The notes beneath the pieces are model-generated. The model saw only the letters and a program-made list of their open reading frames with translations. It was not told where the DNA came from and searched no databases. A stretch of 64,000 nucleotides of DNA from the IMG/VR virus record IMGVR_UViG_3300042991_000725, positions 59,632 through 123,631 of that record; one strand, given 5' to 3'. Origin of the DNA: a virus (Duplodnaviria > Heunggongvirae > Uroviricota > Caudoviricetes). Of this stretch, positions 1-10,279 are shown piece after piece. Made by a program: the position numbers and the translations under genes. The number at the start of each line of letters is the position of its first letter. Positions within the stretch are counted from its first letter, which is position 1.

Positions 1-827
1 TCGCTCATTGAAATCATAGATTCCTTTTCGCCGTCGTTTAAGTCTGTCTTGCTAATAGCGTATTCAAATCTTGGTGCCGAACATGAATCAAAACCGCATT
101 GAATTTTATTCTTTAAACAGAATCCAATCAATTTTGCGTATTCATCTGGATCAATCGGATCAAAGCAGTCTTTTGCCCTACCTTTTGGTTTCACGCACAA
201 AAACACTATTGCATTCATATTGGCCAATCTTGTGTCGTTCAATCTGTCATTCAAAACCTCATAAACAAAATCAATTGTTTGCCGTGAAACCATCAAATGG
301 ATATTCGTTTGCTTGACACCCAAATCCAAAAATTTCTTGACTGTGTTGTAGCAAACATTCTTATCGGTTTTGTATGCAGATACGGCTACCGCCCCTACCA
401 ACCCGGCACAGCGTTCTGCAATTTCGTCAGTTAGATCTATTCCAGATAAAGTAAAGTTGGGAACGACCCCGCATTCTCTACAATATTCCATCATACGAAT
501 AAAATCTGGATTAGTTTGTACTCCAGTTATTCCAAACGCAACCTGTGTTAATAGACTCTTTATTTTATCTAATATCACCTTAAAAGTATCGAATGACATA
601 TTAGTTGGTGCTTCGTTGGTATTACTTTTATAACAAAATTCACACTTATTAGGACACCCATTGATAGAAATTTCAATGTCTGCTATTGTTGGACCGAACG
701 GAGAAAATATTGGGTCATCTTTTAATGTTTTACCCCACGTGAGAGTGAGACCACTCTGTTTATTGAAGTAATAATTATAATCGTCAGACCTGAAACTTTT
801 TGAAGTTGCAGTCTCATTGATCCCCAT
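1..827 (-). CDS. radical SAM domain protein (partial; runs off window start)
   Basis: Minus-strand frame from ATG at 827-825 (SD GGAG ~10 nt upstream) is open to position 1 (checked by hand; translation MNSMGINETATSK...). Contains INGCPNKCEFCY = CxxxCxxC radical-SAM cluster motif. Absent from the ORF track because no stop lies in the window. Plus-strand ORFs 71..316 and 370..633 are its antisense. Confidence 0.6.
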   Translation of the reverse strand, partial: MGINETATSKSFRSDDYNYYFNKQSGLTLTWGKTLKDDPIFSPFGPTIADIEISINGCPNKCEFCYKSNTNEAPTNMSFDTFKVILDKIKSLLTQVAFGITGVQTNPDFIRMMEYCRECGVVPNFTLSGIDLTDEIAERCAGLVGAVAVSAYKTDKNVCYNTVKKFLDLGVKQTNIHLMVSRQTIDFVYEVLNDRLNDTRLANMNAIVFLCVKPKGRAKDCFDPIDPDEYAKLIGFCLKNKIQCGFDSCSAPRFEYAISKTDLNDGEKESMISMS

Positions 828-828
828 A

Positions 829-1863
829 CTATTCATTCTCCAATAAATATTCCGGATTAATTACTTTAAAGGACATTCTGCTACCTAACACATAGCTGTA
901 TTTTTCTTCTACTGGCCTAACCACGATTCCTTCTTGCTTGCAATTCGATGGTTGATAAGTGTGTTTCTTGCAAATCTGCAGCAATTCTTCGACATTCGTC
1001 CAACTAAATGTTGCGCACCCCAGCACTGGCACACTCTGAAGTGGCCCGCCCTTCATTGTTTCGCTAAAAAATGCATAATAATTAAGGAACTTCTGCTTCG
1101 TGATATTAAAGATATTGAAGACAAACAACTCTCGTTCAGCCAGCCCCATTCTGTTCTTTTGAATACCGGGGCCTGCGATCTCGCCCTGAATTGCCCACTC
1201 GTCACCATTTTCTTCTTGCCATTGCTTCAAAATGTTTTCAATGCCGTACTTCCTAGCCATGTCAAAGTAAATAGACGGCTTGCCTTCTTTTTCCCTAAGA
1301 TGCATGTTGCGGCTACAGACATAGAATACTCCGTCTTTCAGGGCATAAGATGCCGAAGTGCCATCAATTTTCTGCGTAATATAGACCGATAATCCCTGCA
1401 TTTCTTTGAAAAGTTCTGGAAAACCATTAATTCTCAACTCATCTGTTTTGTGAATAAATGGAGTAAAGTTTCCAGCAATTTCGCCAGAAAAGAAAGCCGG
1501 AGCGGGCGGTTCATATTTCTTGATTCCAAGTCTATCGGTTAAGTCTTCTCCCTCTGTCAATTCGCTGATATTAATTCCAAAGGCAGTCGCCGTTTCAAGC
1601 GGCAAAACGAGACCTTGGGATATGCGCTTCTTGAGCCGGATTGTCTTTATGCGGATTAATACAGTATCCTCTTTGTTGTTAGACAAAAACCACGTTGGAA
1701 CTATGCTGTCAATTTCTATAAAAAGAACTAACTCGTTTTCTTTGAATAAATCTTTTTTTATGACAACGTTCCACATCTGAATATTTGCTTCTTGAATTTT
1801 ATCTGCATCGGCTATATTTCTTATATTGATTATCTTTTCTACCCTAGCCAACTTTCGTTCCAT
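829..1863 (-). CDS. ATP-dependent RNA ligase (Rnl2/Rnl5-like)
   Basis: 344 aa. Nucleotidyltransferase motif I QKIDGTSASY (KxDG lysine) in a T4 Rnl2-like context. ~140-aa N-terminal extension as in Rnl5/DraRnl-type ligases. Confidence 0.6.
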   Translation of the reverse strand: MERKLARVEKIINIRNIADADKIQEANIQMWNVVIKKDLFKENELVLFIEIDSIVPTWFLSNNKEDTVLIRIKTIRLKKRISQGLVLPLETATAFGINISELTEGEDLTDRLGIKKYEPPAPAFFSGEIAGNFTPFIHKTDELRINGFPELFKEMQGLSVYITQKIDGTSASYALKDGVFYVCSRNMHLREKEGKPSIYFDMARKYGIENILKQWQEENGDEWAIQGEIAGPGIQKNRMGLAERELFVFNIFNITKQKFLNYYAFFSETMKGGPLQSVPVLGCATFSWTNVEELLQICKKHTYQPSNCKQEGIVVRPVEEKYSYVLGSRMSFKVINPEYLLENE

Positions 1864-1864
1864 A

Positions 1865-2926
1865 TCAGTTTCCTTTCTTGTAAAATTTATTTTTCATTAA
1901 TTTTGTTTTAATCAACTCGCATATTTGTTTACCAGTTTTATTTTTAATCTCGTGTTCCCATATTTCTATAATTTTATACCCATTTTTACTGGCAAGTTTT
2001 CTCTTATATCTGTCTTTTTTCCACACATCTTTCGCTTTAAGATCGCCGCATATAATATCGTTAGCTTTATACTTTTCTTTGCATGCATGCCAATAGTCAC
2101 CTTGGACTTCTATAACAATCTTCTTTTGTAATAAGAAATCAAAATTAAATCTCCATAAAAACACATTATGGCAGTATTTGACACCTAAAATTTTCAAAGC
2201 TTTCTCAATTTTCCTCTCTGGTTTCGATATCCAGTTTCTAAATTTTTTAAAATGTCCCGCTCTGCGAGGTGCCTCTGTTCGTTTAATTTTTTCTTCATAT
2301 GATCGACTGGCCCATAATTTTTTAATAGTTTTTATCCTTTTCAATATAGCTACATTTCCAGCACCAAAATTTCTATGCCCATATTTTCTTAAGCATGTTT
2401 CCTCCATTCTATCTATGTCTTTTTTATACTTTGAAGTTTTGCGATATTTTTTACTTCCAATCAACATTCTTTTACGACAAACTTCTAAGTATTTATTGTA
2501 CGATCCATATTTTTTTGCTAAAGTTCTTTCCTTTTTCTTCTGAATAATTGGAGATGCTGACAAATTGGTAATATTCTTGCCGTATTTTTTACGAATGCCG
2601 GACAAGTATCTTTTTTTATATCTTGCTGTCTTTCTTTCTTCTTTTGATGTTCGTTTTATTTTCAATAAATTAAGTAGTTTTTTTGGACAAGCATATTTTT
2701 CCCTTATTTCATTAGTACATATTTTCTCGTTTTTATATTTTCTAATAATATTGTGCAATCTTTTTTTCCCAAAACACGTTTCCCATAAACACGACTCTTT
2801 ATCTAGATTAGTTTTAAATCTTTTGTATTCTGTGCGTGAAAAATGAATACTTAATTCTCTGATATGATTGAATTTTCTGTGACAAAAGGGGCAAATCATG
2901 CTATTCACCATAAAAGGCTCTCCCAT
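1865..2926 (-). CDS. zinc-finger + Vsr-like endonuclease domain protein (putative homing/free-standing endonuclease)
   Basis: N-terminal CPFCHRKFNHIRELSIH (C2H2-like), a long Lys-rich linker, and C-terminal IEVQGDYWH...DVWKKD...IIEIWEHE resembling the Vsr/DUF559 nuclease core. Confidence 0.45.
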   Translation of the reverse strand: MGEPFMVNSMICPFCHRKFNHIRELSIHFSRTEYKRFKTNLDKESCLWETCFGKKRLHNIIRKYKNEKICTNEIREKYACPKKLLNLLKIKRTSKEERKTARYKKRYLSGIRKKYGKNITNLSASPIIQKKKERTLAKKYGSYNKYLEVCRKRMLIGSKKYRKTSKYKKDIDRMEETCLRKYGHRNFGAGNVAILKRIKTIKKLWASRSYEEKIKRTEAPRRAGHFKKFRNWISKPERKIEKALKILGVKYCHNVFLWRFNFDFLLQKKIVIEVQGDYWHACKEKYKANDIICGDLKAKDVWKKDRYKRKLASKNGYKIIEIWEHEIKNKTGKQICELIKTKLMKNKFYKKGN

Positions 2927-3008
2927 GTAGCCGGACCGGACTAGGGATGGCCACAGAGGGGAGAGTTGAATTTATAGTGTAAATAGTCCGATCCATATTT
3001 ATATACAC

Positions 3009-3281
3009 CTAATCTGGGAATAATTGAGTGCCAGTCAGTCTGCCATTTTCCTCTAAACGTATTAAAACCGACTCAATATCCGTTGAAAAGCAGCCATACG
3101 GCCCGATTGTTTGTATTCCGAAAAACTTACTAAACATCTCGGTCCACTCTTTGCCCTTCTTTTTGAACAGAAGATCCAAGCTTTCGTTCGTCACACATCC
3201 TTCTTTAATTTCCAGCCCATATTTATGACAATACTTTAACTCATCGTTCTTGATTTCCTTTTTTATTTTCTTGGCCATCAT
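3009..3281 (-). CDS. hypothetical protein
   Basis: 90-aa ORF in the co-oriented minus block; no recognisable motif. Confidence 0.4.
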   Translation of the reverse strand: MMAKKIKKEIKNDELKYCHKYGLEIKEGCVTNESLDLLFKKKGKEWTEMFSKFFGIQTIGPYGCFSTDIESVLIRLEENGRLTGTQLFPD

Positions 3282-3287
3282 GCCCTC

Positions 3288-3914
3288 CTAGTGGTTAGAA
3301 ATATGAATATGTGAGATTTTATCAAATATTTCTCCACTCTCTAAAACGTTCTCTACTCCCCCATTGTGATCTTCGTAATCTACTACAAATAGATGCTTGC
3401 CCTCAAATTCATGCTTTATTGTGTCGTAATATTTTTCTGCTGCCTGTTTGATTAAATCAGCACGATGTTGATGCATTTGTTCTCTCAACTTTGTTATTGC
3501 TTCCCTGTCTCTTTTGGCCTCTTCGTTCTTATCTACCAAGCCGTCAGTTTCATCTGAATATACCTCCTGCACTTTATATTTTGCCATAAACTTTTTTCGC
3601 ATCTCATCGATATTTTGCCTATCTTTGTCCCCCCAATCAAAATCGGGGCGTCCTTGAAAATAGCCAGAACTAATTTCTTTAATCAAATCAGACCGAACGA
3701 TTTTTCTCATTTTACCGCCGCACAAATCTTCCCACAACCGATCAGTGATTTCGTCTATATGAGCAACTTCACCATAATGTACAATATGCTCAATCCCACA
3801 ACGTTTTCCAAAAAACAGATTTTTTAATTCTTCACGAGTCTTTGGAACTTTATCAAACCCTAGTATAAACGAACTACTGCTTGAATTGGCGACAAAACCA
3901 GTCCTAATTTTCAT
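3288..3914 (-). CDS. hypothetical protein (paralog of 43893..44354)
   Basis: 208 aa. N-terminus MKIRTGFVANSSSSSFIL is near-identical to MKIRAGFVANSSSASFIL of the ORF at 43893..44354. Confidence 0.5.
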   Translation of the reverse strand: MKIRTGFVANSSSSSFILGFDKVPKTREELKNLFFGKRCGIEHIVHYGEVAHIDEITDRLWEDLCGGKMRKIVRSDLIKEISSGYFQGRPDFDWGDKDRQNIDEMRKKFMAKYKVQEVYSDETDGLVDKNEEAKRDREAITKLREQMHQHRADLIKQAAEKYYDTIKHEFEGKHLFVVDYEDHNGGVENVLESGEIFDKISHIHISNH

Positions 3915-4021
3915 AGCCGCTCTCTTTCAAAAATAGATATTGAAAAATATTCCGTGTTATAAAAATATTCATTTCCTGCCCGAACAAACAGAACGCGATC
4001 TCAATATCTTACAAACTGTTT

Positions 4022-4150
4022 TTATTCCTCACTCATCGAAAGACTAAACCCCAATTCATCCAATGCGACAAGTGCGGCATCCTCGTCGTTATCCGCTTCA
4101 ATCTCAAAAAAATCATTCATGTCTTCGTGACTGATAACAAGATATTTCAT
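4022..4150 (-). CDS. small acidic protein (42 aa)
   Basis: ATG at 4150 preceded by GAGAGGA SD; MKYLVISHEDMNDFFEIEADNDEDAALVALDELGFSLSMSEE. Below the ORF-track size cutoff. Confidence 0.35.
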   Translation of the reverse strand: MKYLVISHEDMNDFFEIEADNDEDAALVALDELGFSLSMSEE

Positions 4151-4198
4151 TATTTTATCCTCTCTAATGATTGTCCATCGTTTCATCATAAACATCGT

Positions 4199-4459
4199 CT
4201 ATTCTCGTCTTTTCTCTTTCCATAACTGCATGACACGCCATGTGTTGCATCCCCAACATATTTCATTCCAAAGTTTTTCCGGTATGTCTTTAACCTTAAT
4301 CGGAATGCGAAACGTTTCGCTCTTTACTTCTATTTCTACCCAAGCAGAATAAACTCCCGGTTGTGAATCGTCAGCATATTTACCACGATTTTCAAATTCG
4401 AAATTAAGATTTTTGTACTGATAAAGCATTGTTTGCCCTTTCAATAAATATAAAAACAA
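4199..4459 (-). CDS. hypothetical protein
   Basis: 86-aa ORF in the minus block. Confidence 0.4.
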   Translation of the reverse strand: MFLYLLKGQTMLYQYKNLNFEFENRGKYADDSQPGVYSAWVEIEVKSETFRIPIKVKDIPEKLWNEICWGCNTWRVMQLWKEKRRE

Positions 4460-4561
4460 TATAGAAGGAACATCAATCCCTACAACATAACGGCAAGCAG
4501 GATCTTGGAGGGTGGTATTTACCGGGGCTAACCGGTCCGTTGTTTCCCGTCTTCTATGTTG

Positions 4562-5311
4562 TCAATCTTTCCAAAATAAAATGCCATGCCAACTTCGTCT
4601 GTCAAATGCATCGGTCAATTGCTGAGCCTCTACCCAAGTAGTTGCACCCTCTATCGCTTTAACATGCTTGAGTTCGTGCTTTTTAATAAACCACCATAAA
4701 AATGGGCGGATATGCAAATATTCAATCTTGGCATAACATCCATCATTATCGTAATAAAAATTCAAATAACCAAACCAATGATTAGACAATCTGCTAATTC
4801 GATTGATCTTGCCCACTTCCCATATCCAACACTTATCTATAATATTTATTTTAACTTCCATCGGTGTCCTCCTGTTTCCATACTTTTTTAACTGTTCTGC
4901 CAAACTTTCACATTCTCTTTCTATATAATCGTTGTCGTATGGCCCCGTCTTGTCTCCGTAGTGGTAGCAATCAAATCCCAAGACCCACAAGCCTTCAGCC
5001 TCCTTCACCTTGTCAGTATAATCGGAATATGTTATTGAACCATGGACATCAAACAATAAATCAATTCTTGTATTTTCTAAACTATCTGCACATATACAGG
5101 ATATAATCCCACGCTTGCCCACAGACGTATCATCCTCTAATGTAATTCCACTATTGTCTGAATATTTTTTCCCATAAAATGGATGATTTTTAGGAATGGC
5201 CACATAACCACAGCCCCAACCCGCCATATACTCGTAGTCAGAGCATCGGTTAATAAACGCAATGTAGCCAGCCTTTGTAGTCCAAACTTTTTCAGTTTTC
5301 CATTCACTCAT
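4562..5311 (-). CDS. hypothetical protein
   Basis: 249-aa ORF, Trp/Tyr-rich, no recognised motif. Confidence 0.5.
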   Translation of the reverse strand: MSEWKTEKVWTTKAGYIAFINRCSDYEYMAGWGCGYVAIPKNHPFYGKKYSDNSGITLEDDTSVGKRGIISCICADSLENTRIDLLFDVHGSITYSDYTDKVKEAEGLWVLGFDCYHYGDKTGPYDNDYIERECESLAEQLKKYGNRRTPMEVKINIIDKCWIWEVGKINRISRLSNHWFGYLNFYYDNDGCYAKIEYLHIRPFLWWFIKKHELKHVKAIEGATTWVEAQQLTDAFDRRSWHGILFWKD

Positions 5312-5561
5312 GGCTATTTATCCAAAAAGTAAAAAACAATCTTTGCTGTACAGTGTCCTATACAAACAACAAAATAAACATATATCATTCCCCAAAACAA
5401 ATCAAGCATATCTTCACAAAATGTTGCTTTCATAAAACCCTCCATCCGTTGTTTATGGTAGGCGGCCAACGAGTCGAACGTTGTGTACGAAATTATAAGT
5501 TTCGCCCTCAAAACCGTCGAGGACACCGCCTGTATTTAAATATTTATTCCTTGCAGACTTC

Positions 5562-5759
5562 TTAATCTCGTTCACATTTTTCACAATGATTTTCTAATCT
5601 GACTTCCTCTAATTTCTTCGTTAACGATTCAATCTCCTTTTTAAGCCTGAAAACTTCTCGGCCATTTGCATTAGCGCAACACACTTTGCATTCTGTGTCA
5701 CCATTTTTATGGCAACTACAGACGCAAGTAAAATTAGGATTTAAATCTTTGTCACTCAT
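5562..5759 (-). CDS. small Cys-rich protein
   Basis: 65 aa; CVCSCHKNGDTECKVCC cluster followed by a coiled-coil-like tail. Confidence 0.35.
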   Translation of the reverse strand: MSDKDLNPNFTCVCSCHKNGDTECKVCCANANGREVFRLKKEIESLTKKLEEVRLENHCEKCERD

Positions 5760-5904
5760 TTCCCGGCCTCCTCAATTTTTTGTACAATATTTTCTGCTAA
5801 TCTTAACACCGCATTCTCGCCGCCGTACCATTTATAGCCATCAGACAATCTATCTTCGTGGTCGTTGATTATATCTACTATCATTTTAACCATTTTTTCG
5901 TAAC

Positions 5905-6609
5905 TCATTTTTTTATCCTTTCATAACACTGCTTGCAGTTCAAACACGCAAGTTTATGGTCAATTTCCTCCACATCACACTGACAGAATTTTCCACTTTG
6001 CTTATATTTTTCAATTGCATTCTTTCTCTTATCTACATTGAAAATAATGTCGTAAGTTCCTTTGATTAGTGGCGAATCGAATTCTTCGTTCTTGTCCAAC
6101 GTATAAACCAATTTACTGTTTTTGTTATAAATTCTGAATTCTTTGTGCCAAGCATCTGCTTTTATCTCTTTATCAAAAGAAAGATTAATAAATACATTTG
6201 GATTCTTAATCAGCCTTTTAAGGTCATGCCGATATTTTTTGATGGTCAATGCTTTGCTAATTATTCCAAACTTTATAAAATAAAATCGGCTAAAAACCTT
6301 TTGTGCAATATCAAAATAATCATGAATATAGTCACCAAACGCGAAGCACCTTACATTATCCACACATTTTATAGCAATCTGATTTAAATCTTTTACCAAA
6401 CAATCATGATATTCATCTGGATGTTCAAGAAGAAGTTTGAAATTACGATCCAACTTTTTCTTGACCGATTTATGTATAGCCAGAATTTTTTTATTATAGC
6501 AATATTTGCAATCTTTAATACAACTTCCCAAAGTCCCCGGGGTCGCATCAAAAATAGAGACAAATGTTTTGAAATTATTCATCGCAACTTTCAGTTTTAG
6601 GTCGTGCAT
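5905..6609 (-). CDS. hypothetical protein with CxxxCxxC motif (possible radical SAM/4Fe-4S)
   Basis: 234 aa; GSCIKDCKYCY near the N-terminus fits CX3CX2C; additional C-terminal Cys pairs (CQCD, CLNCKQC). Confidence 0.4.
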   Translation of the reverse strand: MHDLKLKVAMNNFKTFVSIFDATPGTLGSCIKDCKYCYNKKILAIHKSVKKKLDRNFKLLLEHPDEYHDCLVKDLNQIAIKCVDNVRCFAFGDYIHDYFDIAQKVFSRFYFIKFGIISKALTIKKYRHDLKRLIKNPNVFINLSFDKEIKADAWHKEFRIYNKNSKLVYTLDKNEEFDSPLIKGTYDIIFNVDKRKNAIEKYKQSGKFCQCDVEEIDHKLACLNCKQCYERIKK

Positions 6610-7208
6610 AATGTCCTCTTAACAATATCATATGCCGATGGTTCTTGCAATACCATGATGATGTTCCTATGTGCTATAAGTATACGATGCAGATAGATAA
6701 AGTCAAGCGATTTTTCGGAAAAACATATTGAGGTAACTAGTTGTGGATACCGGGTTAGCAACCATGTTGTTTGATCGTACCCTATTGTGTTGACCTGTAT
6801 CGCCATCCTAATGGCGTACTTCAAGCACACAGAAATATTTGGGATACGATGAGGGGCAAAAACAGTTTCTACAGAAAAGTTCACATGATTGCGTAAGTAC
6901 CCCGCAATTTTGTCTTCTTGTTTGCAAAATCGCTTTCCATTATCTCCGCCTCTTACAGCCTTGACAATGATAGGAATGCCAAATGTATCAAGAAAATCAT
7001 ACGGAGTCACAAAACAGTTGTTTAAGCAATTGCGCGAACTTAACAAAAGATGCGGAATGCATATGCATGATATTTTTTTCTTCACAATATCTTCACGCTG
7101 TAGTTTTGTGTTTATGCTTGTTATTTCTAAACATGCCTGCCTGTCGGCAACTCTAGATGAATCGAATGTATTATCAAAGTGCTTATAGCACAGGAGAGTT
7201 GAGTCCAT
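6597..7208 (-). CDS. hypothetical protein
   Basis: 203-aa ORF. Confidence 0.45.
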   Translation of the reverse strand: MDSTLLCYKHFDNTFDSSRVADRQACLEITSINTKLQREDIVKKKISCICIPHLLLSSRNCLNNCFVTPYDFLDTFGIPIIVKAVRGGDNGKRFCKQEDKIAGYLRNHVNFSVETVFAPHRIPNISVCLKYAIRMAIQVNTIGYDQTTWLLTRYPQLVTSICFSEKSLDFIYLHRILIAHRNIIMVLQEPSAYDIVKRTLCTT

Positions 7209-7240
7209 TGGATTCTCCTATATAAGTGGAACTTCATTGA

Positions 7241-7459
7241 TTAGTTGAGCCAATATCTCACTTTTCTGTTCTTTATATCCATGTGTATGGTGATTTTGTT
7301 TCCCTTAACCAAGACCGCAGTCCCGTCTTTCAAACATGTCTCGTTTTTCTCAAAATCGAATTCTTCCAAGTGAAAATATTTTCTAACATCATCGAGCACT
7401 ACTTCATCACTGGAAGTCATTATTTTCTCCTTAACTATTTTTGTTAATAACCAGCCCAT
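7241..7459 (-). CDS. hypothetical protein
   Basis: 72-aa ORF. Confidence 0.35.
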   Translation of the reverse strand: MGWLLTKIVKEKIMTSSDEVVLDDVRKYFHLEEFDFEKNETCLKDGTAVLVKGNKITIHMDIKNRKVRYWLN

Positions 7460-7658
7460 TTTCGGTAATCTGATACCCTCTTTTCATTAATTCTCTAAAA
7501 CATCTTTCTAAAATCAGCAAATCACTCACTCCATAGCATTGCGAAACATAAATAGCGCTATGGGTAGACTGTGCTATTTTCTTTATTTTCTGTGTCGTCC
7601 AGTCCTTGAAATGTATAGAATCATTATTATATTTCTTTGTTTCAGGCGTGGTAGTCAT
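7431..7658 (-). CDS. hypothetical protein (intact copy of a duplicated gene; degraded copy near 23.8 kb)
   Basis: 75 aa; the gene and its upstream region (~7540-7700) share extended nucleotide similarity with 23790-23950. Confidence 0.4.
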   Translation of the reverse strand: MTTTPETKKYNNDSIHFKDWTTQKIKKIAQSTHSAIYVSQCYGVSDLLILERCFRELMKRGYQITENGLVINKNS

Positions 7659-7841
7659 TTATTTATCTCAACCTCCAAAAATTATTTTTGATTTCTTCCA
7701 CTTAGCCTGTTTGATAGATTCAATTAACCCGTTATATCAACCAACATGTATTTAAACCAAAAATTTCCAAGTCTGCTTACCCATATATTCACTCCTCCAA
7801 CTAATAGCTCAATTCTCATATTTATACAAATTGTTTTACTC

Positions 7842-8126
7842 CTAATATCCTCCGATTTCCTCAAAATATCTCTGCCAAATCAAAGCCCTTTCTGTCTTGT
7901 CAAAACCTGCGGCCAACAGCGCACGAGATAGGGAAATCTTTCGGCCCCGCTTCTTGCTGAAAATATCCTGCGCATTACACAAAGACATCCCCCCTCCAAT
8001 GTTCAAATCATATCGTCTGGTAGCAACATCGAAATCTGCAATAGAACAGCTGGTACAATTAACCCCACAATTCCTTCGATGCTTCCACCAAATCTTTACA
8101 ACCTTGTGACCACAATCAATAAGCAT
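7842..8126 (-). CDS. hypothetical protein
   Basis: 94-aa ORF. Confidence 0.4.
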   Translation of the reverse strand: MLIDCGHKVVKIWWKHRRNCGVNCTSCSIADFDVATRRYDLNIGGGMSLCNAQDIFSKKRGRKISLSRALLAAGFDKTERALIWQRYFEEIGGY

Positions 8127-8146
8127 GACATTCCTCCCTAAATAAA

Positions 8147-8359
8147 TTAGCCGATTTCTCCATCCGACATTAAATCAAAAATCATAAGTTCATCCATGCC
8201 CGCATTTTCATCCTTTTGTTTTTGAACCATTTGTCTGGCCTTGCCATCTGAAAGATTAGCGATTCCCCCACATGCACCGCATTTATATCGCATTATTCCG
8301 AATTGTTTTTCAATTATGACTACAACATTACAATACGGACATATCATTTTTATACCCAC
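8147..8359 (-). CDS. zinc-ribbon protein
   Basis: 70 aa; CPYC...CGAC. Confidence 0.4.
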   Translation of the reverse strand: MGIKMICPYCNVVVIIEKQFGIMRYKCGACGGIANLSDGKARQMVQKQKDENAGMDELMIFDLMSDGEIG

Positions 8360-8361
8360 GA

Positions 8362-8709
8362 TTATTGTCCTTCGGAAACAAGCGCTTCATTTTCCATCAC
8401 AATATTCCCGCACTTAAACCGAAGAATATTTTCCGGCCTTACCGAAATATAAGGATGGCCGGTTTTTTGCTTGTTTGTATCGACAAAAACTAAATATTCA
8501 GCTCCTACCGTCCGTTCGCCTCCACGGAGGAACTTTTCCATCTTGCCCTTGCATGACCTACATGTGATTTCTCCAGTAATTTTCTTAAACTTGACTGAGA
8601 AGAACCTCCCACTTTTTACCATCGTCATCATCTTATTCTTGTCAATCATAATGTAACTCCTCTCTTGATTTTGTCGGTCGTAAATTCCGTAGCATCCTTT
8701 TCTTTCCAT
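8362..8709 (-). CDS. hypothetical protein
   Basis: 115-aa ORF; CRSC...C. Confidence 0.4.
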   Translation of the reverse strand: MERKGCYGIYDRQNQERSYIMIDKNKMMTMVKSGRFFSVKFKKITGEITCRSCKGKMEKFLRGGERTVGAEYLVFVDTNKQKTGHPYISVRPENILRFKCGNIVMENEALVSEGQ

Positions 8710-8802
8710 CCATATTCATGAATATTCGTGCAAAAACAAATTGAATCGTGGTTAATTCTTTCAAAAAATGCTCTTTGCTCAATACTTTCCCTCGCCATTG
8801 AT

Positions 8803-9042
8803 TCAGATATTGTATTCATTCCTTTCATAATTTGCTATAGTTTCCATTTCCTTGTTGCCATTCGCCAAAATCTGTCTGCATATCGGACATTTATACAGAA
8901 CATTTGGAGTATTGCTTCCCACCAAAATATTTTTGCTATCCGCAATCTGTACAAATTCCGATGACGTTTTTATAACAAAATTAATCTCGTTTTTGCATCC
9001 GAAGCATATCATGCAAACCCCTCCATTAAAAACATCCTCCAC
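8803..9042 (-). CDS. zinc-ribbon protein
   Basis: 79 aa; CMICFGC...CPIC. Confidence 0.4.
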   Translation of the reverse strand: MEDVFNGGVCMICFGCKNEINFVIKTSSEFVQIADSKNILVGSNTPNVLYKCPICRQILANGNKEMETIANYERNEYNI

Positions 9043-9085
9043 AACAACCTGAATCTACATGTTTTAGGTTATTTGTCCGTTCTCC

Positions 9086-10069
9086 TTAGTTCGCAATAGC
9101 CATCGCCAAATCTAACGCCTTTGTCTTCACACCAATGCTTGGACCGTACCAAATGCGTTTAATCCTATTATTTTGCCTGAATTCATTCGTCTTTCCCCTT
9201 GTCGGCTTGAAATGATCTTCGTATTCTGCAACAGCTTGGAATGCGGCATATGTCGTCCCCTGCATTCCAGGCAAACGATTTGTGGAACTATTGAAAATTG
9301 TCTCTACGGAATTGCGGATATTTTCGGTGCGCGTATTTTTCCCCGCTTCCTTATTGTCTGGATAAATAGATTCCAGATAAGTTTTAAGTTCTCCAGAATT
9401 GATCTGCTTGCGGACAAGAACCTTCATTTGTTCCTCAAATAACTTATAATAATTCACGGTAATCCCAAGAATATGTCGAGACTGATCAATCTTCCCCTTG
9501 ATGCTCTTTGTATGTCGCACATTAATAGAATTTCCTATGTGATTCATTGCAATATTCAAGGTATTCTGACAGACAACACGCGTCGGCGTAAAACCAACGC
9601 AAACTGAACAGCTTCCATTATGGCTTGTTGAAAGCAACAGATATTTATTTATTTCATCGTTAGGAACAGCAGTTATTGGACTTCCAGAAAGTTTTGCCAT
9701 GATCCAAACACGACAACCGCGTTCCAATGCGCCTGCCGTTTCATAAATTGCCTGACCTTCTCCGACAACTCCATCAAAAAAATCAAAAGCTTCGAAGTTC
9801 TGCAAAATTGTATAATCATTTCCGACAACACCAAGAGCTTCATTTACGTCCGTGCGCACTGTTGCAAAAACATTTGGAATCGTAGTCCTTTCATCATCCT
9901 TCATAAAGGAAATATCACGTTTTTCCACAAGCCAATTAAGATGAGCTTTTTCAATAGCGTCTTGGGCCGTTAAGCATCCATCTACAACCTGGCCTAATTT
10001 GTGCCAAGGGATTTCCCGCACCGAAAACATAGACGCTACACCATTTCTGACATCAATATTCGCAGACAT
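9086..10069 (-). CDS. DUF932/TIGR03299-like phage/plasmid protein
   Basis: 327 aa; N-terminal MFSVREIPWHKLGQ matches my recollection of the DUF932 family start motif. Confidence 0.45.
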   Translation of the reverse strand: MSANIDVRNGVASMFSVREIPWHKLGQVVDGCLTAQDAIEKAHLNWLVEKRDISFMKDDERTTIPNVFATVRTDVNEALGVVGNDYTILQNFEAFDFFDGVVGEGQAIYETAGALERGCRVWIMAKLSGSPITAVPNDEINKYLLLSTSHNGSCSVCVGFTPTRVVCQNTLNIAMNHIGNSINVRHTKSIKGKIDQSRHILGITVNYYKLFEEQMKVLVRKQINSGELKTYLESIYPDNKEAGKNTRTENIRNSVETIFNSSTNRLPGMQGTTYAAFQAVAEYEDHFKPTRGKTNEFRQNNRIKRIWYGPSIGVKTKALDLAMAIAN

Positions 10070-10279
10070 TTACAATTCCTTTCAAAAGTTCAATTCTCAA
10101 TTTCCACAATTTTTGGACGCTGACAATCAGTCGCTTCCATTTCCGCTTCTAATATAGTATCAAAAACCTTCACATTTCCAGTATCTTCATCCATTACAGG
10201 AAAAGTATCTTCTGCATCTGGCCAAGTTTCTAGAACAATAAAGACCATTAGTTTCCCTCCGAAGATAAAACTACAGACA

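Noticed and set aside
71-633. Plus-strand ORFs 71..316 and 370..633
   Set aside because: Antisense to a continuous, motif-bearing minus-strand radical SAM reading frame that runs off the window edge.
2917-2970. GC-rich imperfect palindrome (CTCTCCC...GGGGAGAG) between genes 1865..2926 and 3009..3281, considered as a terminator or recombination site
   Set aside because: The stem is separated by a 33-nt loop and lacks a U-tract; it is not a convincing intrinsic terminator.
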